Source: Oikopleura dioica (taxonomy: Eukaryota; Animalia; Chordata). Taken from it: 64,000 bases of DNA. The stretch lies in the NCBI GenBank assembly GCA_907165135.1, contig OU015566.1, positions 7,936,001-8,000,000 on the forward strand, in the 5' to 3' direction. How positions within the stretch are numbered: position 1 is the first letter of the stretch; each line of letters opens with the position of its first letter. Made by a program: the position numbers and the translations under genes. Below are positions 26,750 to 38,424 of this stretch, in pieces. The notes beneath the pieces were generated by a model, which saw nothing but the letters and a program-made list of their open reading frames with translations, was not told the DNA's origin and did not search any database.

Positions 26750-27878
26750 TAGATCAACCAGATGTGTAGCTAGCCGCCCCGCTCAAAGTTCAGTTCCAAA
26801 CAAGCCGCAGTGAAATAGCTCCGTCATGGACCTCTCGCAGGGTGATTATTTTTCTAAATTCTAATGTGCTTATGTTTTCGCGGGAGGGAGTAAGGTGCCA
26901 AAGCGCCGAAGCTTTCTGAATCAATTTTTCACTAACGATTCGACCCATAGAACAAACCATTTGGAACTGGTCGGGTATAAACTGTTCTATTCATAATGCA
27001 CTTAGTTAAATAATCACTAGCTTCCCAAGTTCAATTACACTCTTGGAAATCTATCTTTTGTTTCCTTCCATCAATCTTGAATTCTTGTGCACAATCAAGG
27101 TGAAATGAGCACTAGAAATTATAAGCGTCCCTCGTATATCGACATCAACTCTCCTATTGACCATTGAAGACCTCCTCTCGATAGTGTAAACGGGGGAAGG
27201 ATAAGGAACTAGCTATCCCATCATTAAACCTTTGGAATGCTTTCTATAAAGGTCTGTTTGACTATCGACCTTATGGCATTAAGGGTCACACGATAGTCCG
27301 ACCAGATTAACACTCTGGTTCAGATAAAAATCTGAGGCTTAGTAGCGAGTCAATCGTAGGAATTCCATAAGATCAGTTAGGCCCTAAAATCCTTCAAGGT
27401 TGTAGTAAACCACCCGTTGCACCCTTAATACCTTTAGACCCAAGTAGCCAATGAGCACTGATGATACGATCAACAACTCTTACTTCAACGAAACTTCCGA
27501 CGACAATTATGATCTTCTCGCCTGCAACTCCTTCTCTCCCGCCCGAACTCATCTCATCTCTTCATCTTAGTCAAGATCAACATCTCCTTCGTCATTGTGA
27601 ACGATCTCATCGTCAATCATCAACTTACCTTCTGCTTTCTCTTCGACCCCGTCCTCACGTGTGCTTACTCTCTCCTAACCAGAGAGGATCATCATCGTCG
27701 CCGACACACTCGCCGCCTCTGATCTCCTCCAAATACTTCTCAAAGAAAACCAATTCTTTACTACTGTATTAACTCCACTTTCTTATTTCAACTTCATGAA
27801 CTTTTGTGTGTGTGTTCTCATTCTTCTCTGTTAGTGTATTTATAACACTGATCATCATTTCCCTAAGTGGGGGAAGGG

Positions 27879-28120
27879 TGAAGTGTTCTAGTTTAGCGAC
27901 AGTCCCTGAACTGTCAATCATAGAACCTATATTAAGCCCTATCAAAGCCCCCTTTCTCGGAGTCAGTTGTGATTCTCGCTGAGTCCCACTTTCACCGTAA
28001 GCTGTACACGATTGCTCCTCTCCGTTTTCTATTCTCAATAAACCAGTCAATATCTCCACGAGCTAGCGGCCGTTCGTGTTTGACTCCACGAGATTTAGTC
28101 TCAGTTCTCAGAACACCTCA
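27879..28120 (+). repeat. 3' LTR
   Basis: Direct repeat of 25306-25547, preceded by a polypurine tract. Confidence 0.92.
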
Positions 28121-28260
28121 TGTTGAAATTTGAACCCTGACGATGGTGATCCTGGGCTTGACAGTTAATTTCGTTAGCTCGTGGAAGGCATTTATGGCCA
28201 ATAAAGACTCGAGTGGGCTCAAGGGTGACGGCCACGTGGTTCAATCTCATCCACTGCTAC

Positions 28261-31200
28261 TTATCTCTGCCATTTTACCCCCTCCAAGTTCGTACTGTCT
28301 TTGAATGTCGGCCTCTTGAGCCCAGAACAAAAGATAGTCGTTGGGTTCCCAAGTCCGCCCGCCCCAGTCAATCGAGTTTCTCCAAGAGATAGCACTTCGA
28401 ATTGCATGTCTGAAGGGCACTTAAAGGGTTTGAAATTACGTTGAATTGAGTACCTCACAATTTCATCTTGTTCCATAACAAAGATGTCTCTTCGTTCAAT
28501 GACAGCTGGAATGTACCAAAGTGCGTGGACTTGATTTTCAGAACGAGCTGAGAGTTGATAAAGTTCTTTTAACCCTCCCTCGCGTTCTGTCCAATCATAA
28601 CAGAAGTAAATGTCGGCGATAAAGGAGCTGAAGTCAAGCTTTTGCCGGCTGAAATCAAGGAAGAGAATCATAAAAAATGCAGTAAAAGAAAATCATTTTC
28701 AAGCCAGTCCTGAAGACAATCGTTTCCAGGAAAGGCACCCTGTAAGAACTGTAGTATCTGATCACTTTCACTTGCGAAACCCTTCACTTCTTCCGCCACT
28801 ACTTGCAAAAATGCAGGTTGCCACTTTCTTTGCGCATCAAAAGGAAGTGATTTTGAGTAGATGACAATGATTCCATGTGGCTTTGACGGGCAAAACGTCT
28901 GGAGATAAATTGGGCCACCGAGGTAAAATCGCTGAATAGGAAGATTCAAGCCCTTTTCGCAGATTTGCAGCATTTCATCGGTCAATTCTTCGATTTTCGA
29001 TTTGAGCTCAGAAAGATGACTCTTTTGCACTTTTTCTGGGAGGATTGTCGGGGTCGCGCATCCTGCTTCTGCTGGAGAGATGTACGGTCGCTGCTGGATG
29101 TTCTCTTCTATGTTTCCAGTGGAGAAAAGCTGCATCAGACGCCAAGCGAAATCGGAGGTAAATTTAATTGAAACGGTCTTGACTTGTTGAGTGTTTGGGA
29201 CGCTCAAAGAAAGCAGCTCATAATCTACAAAACTATTATCTCGAGAAAACTAATGATTTTTGATAATACCTCGCGAAAGAGATCCAAGTTGATATTTCAA
29301 AATTTTATTATCGGCTTGAAGTTTTATGACATTTCTTCGCTCTTTATCAGATGTCGGCGATGGAGCTAGAATTGATCTCGCTTACTTTCGTGCCTAGTGT
29401 TTTCGTTTACCTGGTGTTTTAAAGACAAGCAGCTGAGTGGTAAACTCGATTCGGACAGCAAATGTGAGCAAGTCGTTTTTTGAGGAGACGAAGGTGAAAT
29501 CAGAGTCGTTGAAGAAATCTCTTGGGTTGATATTAAACTTGCAGACCTCCGACTCAGACCAGCTCTCGTTGAAATAGCCGGATAGTCGGCCCTTGTCGTT
29601 GATGAGATTCATGTTTGGAGCTCTAGCGAGCATTGTTGAAGTAGCCGCACGAATCAGTCTTTCTCTAACGGGCTCATGGGCTTTGTCACGATTGAGAACA
29701 ACTCTTGAAGGGACGAGATAAACGTTCCAGGCGACATATTTATGATGCATTTCTGGAATCGAATTGGAGTCAACATCAGGCATGTCAAGTTTGAAGCTAA
29801 AGAAATCGCCGAGAAGAGTTTTGAGCGTCCATTGAGTTGAAGTCAGATCTTTAGAAAAAGTAAGTATAAAAATAACATCTCCCGATTTCACGCATCAGAA
29901 TCTTTGAAAAAGCTTAGACAAATTTCTAAACGTGCCCTTCCAAAACTTTCCGCATAACCCCCGCCGCAATCCATTTTCTAAACGGTTCCGATTAGGTGTC
30001 GCCGGCCTATAAATATACCCAAGTCGCAGCGAACTTTCATAACTACTGCGTAAAAAGACACAAAAAGAGTATTGTGATATGAAGCTTTTGTCGATTTTTG
30101 TTGGAATTTTGAGCTTGGCTGAAGCTCAGAAAAGCAAAGCAAGATCGAATGATGAAAAAATAAGAGTGCAAGCTGCAAGAAATAGAGATAAGATCAATGC
30201 TAAGGTACCTCCCAGATTTAATAATAAAGCCTCAAAAACATATTAAGAAAGACAAATTGGAGAAAATCTTTGACTCCCAAGCAGCCTGGTTCAAAGAAAA
30301 CTTCGGCCCTGGTTTGAAACTAACGTGAAAAATATTCGCTAATCATTTTTCAGGAAGTATGACAACAGACGAATACACTCCTCACGCCAGACGAATCTAT
30401 CGAAACTGGCTCTCAAAGTACGAAAGAAACAAGGATCGAATGATCGCTCGTCTGGAGAAATGTGGGCTTCAGTCCATCTCCCACAGTAGAAAGAATAAGG
30501 GTCGAAATCGTCGACAAGCTACGGAAGAAGAAATTATTGAAGGAAAATTGGTCAAAATCAATCTCAAATATTTAATCCAATTAATTTTCGTTCGCAGCAT
30601 TTTTAACCAAAGAAAGGCTTCCCAAAATACACCCGCGAGGAAGTTCAAGAATTCCTCAAGAAAAATGGCGTCACTCCCAATGTTCGCCCTCTTGGTCCCC
30701 AAGTTCGAGGGCGAGGCAGAAAGAAATCGAGCTTTGAGTCAAGCTTCCGGTCAGCTCAAAATAAATTCGCCGACAACACTGATGACTTCGTCGAGTGGGC
30801 TAATCACTACATTTCCCAGTGTCGACCTCACCAACCGGATCTTCAGATGTCTCGATTCGCTCAGGTAAGAAAACAGCCCTCTTTACCCTTTTCTAACAGA
30901 AATTTTAGTGGTATGTGGTCTTGAACCAAAAGCTCATTTCAAAGAACAACCATTTGGATGCCTCTCAACGCGGTGGATTTGACATCTACAAGCTCGACGA
31001 GGAATAATCGCGATTTTTTATACTCACATCTGTATAGAGTTTTTTTTAAGAAAACAATTATACTTTCTCAACTGTACTCCTCCGTCTCTATTTATAAATA
31101 AATACCTTCAAACTCATTCAGCACGAAAATCGGATAGGTATCAGGGTTGCTTAGCGGAATAAACTCTTCAACCATGTAGGAGAGTTGGAGAAACTCAATT

Positions 31201-32191
31201 TTGAGGTGGATGTCGACTTCGCTGTCAAAGAGTCGTTGACCTGCTCGACCGTCAAATCTGGCTGGTCGATCGGTTTCTGAGATTTCGTTAGCAGGAAAGA
31301 TGCTTTCGAATTCTTCTGATTGATAGACTTCGTTCAGGTAGATTCTTGAGTTATGTTTACAACAACCATAAGATAGTGTTTATAAATAAACTTTATGAAT
31401 TTTAGCTTCATTTTATCGATGATAAACTTGTTATACCTCCTCCCATGTCACTTAGGAAAAACCTAGTATTGATAATAAAAAGTCAAGTAAACCATTCCTT
31501 GTCCTACATCTTGATAATTGTCTGCCCGTAGCGCACTGAAGCCGTACCAAAATTTTGCCCCTGTTTTCCATATCTTCGCCATTTGGATAGACCACAAGTC
31601 TCCAAGCAAATCCGCCAACTGTAAATTGATTGCATTCTATTACCGTAAACGGATTCGTCGGGTCTATCCCAGGTAGCGTCAATTCTTCTTCGTAAAAAAT
31701 CCGAATGCCTTTGATTTCCAGCTGAATCTCCATCTTGTTGATGTCGTAGATGTATCCTCTGTGTCGTTGGCATACGCGGTCTTTTCTAGCAAACTCTTTC
31801 CAGCCCCAGGAGAAGACTTCGTCTTTTTGGCTGAAAGTTCGGCCTTCTGGGGGGCTTTCATTTCGAACAGTGGCTTTTGCATTTTGAGGATTGATGATTG
31901 AGAAGGCATATTTGAGCGTTGCGGATACGCCTTTGTCGAGATGAACAACTCTCAGATACAAACTGATATATTCAGCCGAAGATCTAAAAGAATAAACGAC
32001 AATAGGTGGGGTACAGTAAGACCTTACCTGCTTGTATAAATGTACCAATCAAGTCCGCCAAATCTAAACTGGTTGGATCTCACTTCAATCGAATACAAAT
32101 CGTCTGGGTTCTCGAGCAAAAAGGTAAAGATGTGGGTCTCTTCGGAATCATGAAGGTTCAAATATCGATGGAGCTGCAAATTCGGAGCCAT
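28261..32191 (-). CDS. Multi-MATH (TRAF-like) domain protein, about four tandem MATH-like repeats
   Basis: ATG at 32191: MAPNLQLH...SNQFRFGGLDWYIYTS|RSSAEYISLYL...FSWGWKEF (MATH1); CNQFTVGGFAWRLVVYPNG (MATH2); exon ~31310-31106 ending FVLNEFE| spliced in phase 1 to |DLTSTQWTLKTL at 29848 (MATH3-like); |VKTVSIKFTSDFAWRLMQL (MATH4-like). The 3' end is taken from the ORF stop at 28261 and is uncertain. Confidence 0.8.
30079..31007 (+). CDS. Small secreted protein, nested antisense in a MATH-gene intron
   Basis: Signal peptide MKLLSIFVGILSLAEA. Spliced exons KDKLEKIFDSQAAWFKENFGP|GSMTTDEY...WLSKYERNKDRMIARLEKCG...FVEWANHYISQC...SRFAQ|WYVVLNQKL...DEE*. The W-ER...RCG and W...YI..C pattern resembles, from memory and unverified, a lineage-specific secreted family of appendicularians. 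Confidence 0.75.
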
Positions 32192-32707
32192 CGTTATTTG
32201 AAAAATGAAGATGGAAGTCGTTGTTTAGGGGCGGCAAGCTCAAGAGCACTTGAAAATTTCCTCATTGTCTTCTTCATTTTGGAAGGTTTTTCACACCTAA
32301 GGAAGCTTTTATAATAGGTTTTCATAAAATACCGGTACGGTAAATTATTGAAAAGTTTTCTTCCATGATCTCAGGTAATGAAACTTTTCATCATCAATTT
32401 CAAATCTGGCGCGACGAAGAAACTCTCTAGATTCGAGTCGATATAGAAAGGAAGCCATTGGCCGATAATTTTCGAGGCAGGAAACAGTCCGCAGATCTCA
32501 CAAAAATCGCAGCATCTTGCCACTTTGAAAAAAGGGAGAGAAATGAAACCCGGACGGAAACGAGACTTAGAGGAATGTTCCGAAACACCCTTGTTCTATA
32601 CGCCCAGTACTTTGGAGACAACCATCCCGACCGGTAAAAGAGGAGATTTTATTAGTGTTATGATTGTTCAGTGATGACTGGAGAATGTGATAGCCGACGA
32701 CGCAAAA

Positions 32708-33491
32708 ATGGACGAGGAGGAAAGTTTCATTAAAAATGCATTAGTCGGTTCATCGTTAGTTCGCGGAAGTTATATCGTATCGTAATTATTAAATAACGAT
32801 TTTCTGTGAAAAACAGGAAAAAGTCTTTCATAGAAACTTCTTTTTCAAAATAGATTCATTTCATATTGATGATATTTTTCGAACGCTTCCGTTTATATTT
32901 CCTTTTTTCTGATAAGAATCATGATATCTTTTTTTTTGATTTTTATCAGAATGACTTTGATATGGTTAGGTTATTTCTGTGATTATTTCGTCTCGGCGGG
33001 GTATTTTACTTTTGAGACCTTACAGAGGGCGATTGAAGATTTTAGAACTATCCTTTGAAACTTTGAAAGTGACTGTAAAATGCAGTAGCTGCTGCATGTT
33101 CCTCTGGATTGTCCTCATGATCATGATCGGTTTTCTTATCGGTAAGTCGTTTTGTTCAACAGCGAAAAAACTTTGCTTCCGTAGGGCATCACTTCTACCG
33201 TTCAGGTTCAATCATCAACACTGTGACTAGTCCAGACTATGAAGCTGGCGAAGGAAAACCTGCAAATGCTCTATTGAAGATGGACACTCAAGTTATCGAT
33301 GTAAGAAATGATAATTTTTCCCCATTCAAATGGATAACTAGAAACTTCAGGGATTGGAGAAAGAGGTTGAAATTTCGGAAATCAAGGAAGAGTTTGAATC
33401 TCCTGTTGGAAGATCTTTTGAGAAGGCAGGCAACTCTATCCGAGGAGCATGGAATGGAGTAGTAAATGCTTTTGGGAATTTATTTGGATAG
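32708..33491 (+). CDS. Small single-pass membrane protein, copy A1 (unknown function)
   Basis: Spliced reading ...RPYRGRLKILEL...CSSCCMFLWIVLMIMIGFLI|GHHFYRSGS...QVID|GLEKEVEISEIKEE...GNLFG*. GT-AG introns. AATAAA at about 33524. The first exons (from ATG 32708) are less certain. Confidence 0.7.
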
Positions 33492-33618
33492 AAATGAGTG
33501 TTTATTCCTGCCGGCTGTACTTGAATAAATATGAATAGTAAACAAATCGTCTAAAACGACTATATTCTGACTTGTCAAACAGTAAAAATATACATTGACA
33601 ATGTATTACTGAGTTTAT

Positions 33619-36600
33619 TTAACAGTAGTCTGCAGGCATTTCATAAAGAACCGGAATCCAAGTTCTGACGCTATATCCAATTACTTGCGTATCAATCAAT
33701 TGATCGCCTTGAAAATCGAGTCGTTGAATAGCGTGAGGACTTTTATCTCCAGAGACGATGAAAATCGAGTCTTTGATCATTATTGCCGATCCATCCGAGT
33801 CAGGCTAAATAAAAAAATACTAAGGAATGCTAGATTTTTCACATTACGTAGTTAAGATTGCCTATTTTTTCCCAAACGCCGTCATCAAGAAGCCAAATAG
33901 TTGAGTAGTAAACATAATCAACCAAAGGATCATCATGAGCATAATAGTATCCTCCGGCAAGCAAAAGATTCCCGCTTGGAAGGCCTATCAAAAAAGGATA
34001 CGCTACTTGCCTAAAAAGTTTCAAAATGTGAATATACAATTTACGAAATTATACTTTTCCGGAAAGTCGGTTAAATTGGACCAGCCAGTGCAATCGAGAG
34101 TCTCCACTTTATTCACCTCGTCCCCCAGGCACTTCCAACAGTCGTTGGCTTTCCTCTGTAGAAACCGAGTTTTCCACCTCGGTGTGGAAAATTCGTCCTG
34201 TAAGTCGAGACTGTCGAACTTGAAGTTGTATCGAAAACTTCGCATCTGACGTGCGGCCATTCGGCATCAAAGCAAATCAACGCTTTTTCGCCAGCTTCTA
34301 TTGAGAGTGCAGCAGACATGAACGAAATATCATTAATTAATCGTGTGGATATTTCTATCCATTCGCAGCCTACCAATCGAGCAATCTTAATTCATTTATA
34401 ACTTTTGAGTGAATGTCAAGTTTTCCCACTTTATGTCCATCGGTTTCTCCTCCAAAAATAAAGAGCTCGTTTTGAAGAAGAGCATGAGGCGCGAATCTGA
34501 GATAGTCGTCAGTCGGTGCTGTGATGTTTGCAGCTCTCGTTACCGACCCATCTATGGTAATCGAAAATGCCTCCATCAAGCTACCTCCCATATTATTTCC
34601 CATAATCAATAGACTAGGCAAAACTGCCCTACGATGAAGATCTTCGTACTGATGAGTGTAATAGAAAGAACTCAATTTTGTGCGCTCGTCATATTTAAAA
34701 ATACGGACTTTTCTGTTTTTGACAGTTTCAAGGCTGGTTAAGTTGATAACTGAGTGAGTTTTGTTCTTACTTCCGGAATACTTTCTTCAGTTACTTTTGA
34801 AATTAAAATTCACTTTTCCGCAATTTATAAAAGGGTTGAAATCTATTTTTTCTAAAAAATATTGAGGGCACCAATTAATAACTTTTCCTCATGAATTTCC
34901 AGGGTTGAGTTCTTCGTGTTTAAATGAAACAATAATTTTCCTAAGCTTTTTGTTGTTGACTTCAAAATAAAAAGATCGCCAAATAAAAAATAATCAGAAC
35001 TCATCCAAATAGAGCCATTTTTATTGATTCCGAAGCAGAAGAGATTTGTCCCGTCAAGAAAGTCGCCTCCGAGAAAGTTGATTTCCTCAAAATTTTGAGT
35101 ATCATCATGAAATTTCATTTCGAATTGAAAGGTGTCTGTTCCATTAAATTTTATCTCAACGGTCGAAATATGTTTTAACTCTTCCAACTTGAAAAAAATA
35201 GAATCAGGAATGATTACTGTGTAGTCGAATTTAGTGCCCGACAGAGGGAATTTCTGCTGGGAAACAGTATTTTTTGCAAAGGCAGGGAAGATGTCGTCGT
35301 GAAAGGCAAAAGAAGGATTGCTCGTTACATGCATTTTCATTTTCGACTTTTGTTGGACAAAGTCAAGCTCGATTTTTGCTGTTTAAAGGGTTATATAACA
35401 AAGTCTGTTTTTTAAACACCTTTCAATTTTAACCCTCTCCGAAATTGAATTCGATTTCAAAAGTTATATCAAAAACAGTATTTTGAATAAAGACTCTCTC
35501 GTTATTAATGATTCCTTGTCCAAAATACTCGCATTCGTCATTGTTCACTCCTTCTTGATCCGTATAATTGGGATCATCTTGAGAAAACAGCTTTGAAAAA
35601 CAATAAGATTGTTCTTTGTCCTTTATGTCTTCGTAATTAATGAGAGAACCAATCCATTCACGTCCAAGCGTCAAAAATTTTCCTTCTGCTTCCAATAGCA
35701 CAGAATAAAGCGTGTTCGACAGATCGATATGTCTTTTCATCTGGGGTCGGCAAAAATATTGGAAGTGGTGGTCTTCTCCCTTTTTCTAAGAGAAAATCTA
35801 GCAACATCATTGAAATTGTGCTTCTATTCAATCGGTCCACCTACCAGCGCTTGATGGCTTGACGACCCCACCTTGTCACTACAATTAATAGAAGACGTCC
35901 CGATTCGATCTTTCTTTGGTTAAATTAAATAAAATAAAAGTATGCTGCAGACTGTATGCAGTATATAAGTCACTTCAAAAAACATTTTCAACCTTTTTCA
36001 AAGGAAAAACGTCAACTTTGTCTAGATCCCTTAATTCCGACGGGAAATGAATCTCATTCTTTTTCCAGCCTTTCTCAAGTTCTTCGTCTTTTCGTATTCT
36101 GTTCAAAACAAGAGTCGTCGACAATTTAATGTAATGCTCACCCATTCGAACACTCATCAGATAAAATACTGACTTGAAGCTGACTGATGAGACTTTCGCA
36201 TTGAAGTGGTTGCTGGCGATGTAGCCCTGGGCTTCTTCAAAACGGTTCAAGTTATAATCTGGAGCGTAGTAGAAGCATTTGTCTTCCCTGCCGGTGGGGC
36301 GGCTTGAAATGGTCAATTTTTTTCCGTTATTTATATAAATTTTCTTATCATTTTTGACCTTTTCAGATGACAACAACTGGAAACACTTTTGTCTGCTTAT
36401 CTTCTCCACGAACAACTATTTGGTGAGTTCCAATCGTAGATCGAAAGTGGAAAACGAAGAAACCGCTTCAAATTAAGTAAAGAAAAATAATTCAGTCAAA
36501 TTTGCCCACATTCTTTTGAGTCCGTTAGCAATGAATTCCGAGTCGGCTCCACTTTCCTTCAATATAAGCATGTTTCCAAGAGCATCGACCAAATAATGCT

Positions 36601-37622
36601 TTCCATTTATAAAAGTTGCACCAGTTGCCTTTTATGTTTTCACTGAGATTATAATTTTTAGTGGGCACTCTTCAATAGAGATTATTTTTTATTGCGAAAC
36701 AAGAGAAGGCTAGTCTAGCCTGGCTTAAAAGGCTCTCAGAGAAAACTTTCATAAGAATAAAAAGAATCAGAAACATTTATACGTTTATTATTCCCGTCAA
36801 AATCGGAAAATAAAATTGGATATTTTTGACTTTGGACATCCTTTCTGCTTGTCCAGCGAGTTCTTATAATTTTATGATCTTGATCTGAGGTAATGATTGT
36901 CCTGAAAAATTTCAAATATGTATTGTCATTCGTTGTAGCGATCAGTTCGTTCGACATCTGCTCTTCTGTTTTGTTTAGATTTTTTTCTGTCGATTTTTTC
37001 TGAAGATCGAAAACGGGAATCAGCTTCTGGCGCGATTCGAATTTCTCACACTCGTAAAAAGGGCAAGGACAGCCGCTTGAACAGTATTTCTGAAGAGGGC
37101 AGATTTCTCCAGCGGCATCAGAAGATCTTGACAGTTGAAAACACATCGACTCACAGGGCGACATTGATGTATTCCTCCTTGATTCCGAAACGAGCGAATT
37201 CGAACAAAGATGGCGGCAGATTTTTTGGTCGTAAAAATGCTTCTTCTGACATCGAAGAACGTTAACTTCGTTTTCTTCTTTAGAAAACATCAATGGTTCT
37301 TTTTCTCTTGGAACAATTTGAGTAACAGGTTCAGGGAGGATAAATTTTTGAGTTTCGTAGCAGTTCTTCATGAGATGCCCGCAGTAGTCCATTGTTGCTT
37401 CTTGAACGCATTTCTTATAGTTTCGATGGCAAGTCGTAGTCAAAAAAGTTGTTCTGCCGCGTAATTTTTGTAAGGAATAAAAATTTGCTATGCATTTAAA
37501 AATATTTTTTTTGTAATAAGAGAAGTACCTATGAGCATAACAGTAATCCAGAAAATAGTACCAAGGGTAAGATAACTGAAAAGCTGACGATTTGTTGCGT
37601 TTCCATGTTTCGCAAGGCTCAT
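33619..37622 (-). CDS. Large type II membrane protein: TM anchor, Cys-rich region (GCPC motif), central region, C-terminal kelch-like beta-propeller; copy B1
   Basis: ATG 37622 MSLAKHG...LTLGTIFWITVMLI|ANFY joins in phase 1 to the long Cys-rich exon. Consecutive minus-strand exons splice in frame through to ...PVLYEMPADYC* (stop 33619-33621). The propeller part resembles the 9659-10903 protein. Confidence 0.8.
35741..35871. mobile_element. 131-bp TIR element forming a 139-nt intron in gene B1
   Basis: Ends CTGGGGTCGGCAA...TTGACGACCCCAC. 8-bp imperfect TSD (plus strand CTTTTCAT 35733-35740 / CTTGTCAC 35872-35879). Absent from paralog B3. Confidence 0.8.
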
Positions 37623-38424
37623 TTTCGCGGTCACCTTTTTCTTCCATGTTTTTTTCGTCTTTGATTCTCTTATATCAATTTTTTGTGTACGAATGCTTCT
37701 AGTGGTCAAAACCTCCAGGGGCAACAGGTAAATCTTCCTTCCTTTTTGTCGAAGAACACCAATGCAGTCACAATCAAGGCACTTTTAAAATCATTTTAAT
37801 AAGTATTGAGTAACTCAATTTGAGTTGTGATAAGGATCCCTTTCCCATCATTATAATGACTTTTTCGGGTGATACCGTAATGACATATAAAACCTTTATT
37901 CTTTTTTGAAAAATCGAATTTGTTGTCCTCTCATCTTTCTCTTCGATAACCATAACGACTGATAACTAAGGATTCCTCAGTGAGGATAAAACATTTCTGT
38001 TGGAGAGTGCTATGCTTGGGTTTATGACTAACAGTTTTTTACTAGCATTTTGACAGCTTTTTCTCCGGCGTTGTTCCTTCTTGAATGTCACTTGGATGGG
38101 ATTCGCCCTTTGCCCAAGAGCCTCACTTGCACAGAATGTATTTTACTTTTAAGACCTTACAGAGCTGGATTGAAGATTTTAGAACTATAATTTGAAGCTC
38201 TAAAAGTGACAGTTTAATGCAGTAGCTGCTGCATGTTCCTCTGGATTGTTCTCATGATCATGATCGGGTCTCTTATCGGTAAGTCGTCTTGTTCAACAGC
38301 GAAAAAATTTTGCTTTCGTAGGGCATCACTTCTACCGTTCAGGTTCAATCATCAACACTGTGACTAGCCCAGACTATCAAGCAGGCGAAGACGATCCTGC
38401 AAATGCTCAATTGAAGATGGATAT

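Larger units (their letters stand above)
25306..28120 (+). mobile_element. Non-autonomous LTR retroelement (no coding capacity), full length
   Basis: 242-bp direct repeats TGAAG...CCTCA at 25306-25547 and 27879-28120 with one mismatch seen. 4-bp TSD TGTT at 25302-25305 and 28121-28124. PBS-like TGGAGACTG 1 nt after the 5' LTR. Polypurine tract AAGTGGGGGAAGGG before the 3' LTR. AATAAA within the LTR. Confidence 0.92.

Noticed and set aside
26760-27460. Possible decayed antisense env-like ORF in the LTR element interior (Cys/Trp-spaced peptide)
   Set aside because: Hand translation showed stop codons at or above random density in that frame; no supportable ORF.
28121-28260. LTR element possibly splitting a terminal coding exon (…QGSNFN|RTRNNNQINYNPTN*)
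   Set aside because: Could not link this frame to the MATH gene by any plausible splice; more likely 3' UTR or intergenic.
37490-37647. MEEKGDREN... N-terminus of the long ORFs in B1 and B3
   Set aside because: That frame reads through an intron. Splice phase supports the MSLAKHG...TM frame joining the Cys-rich exon.
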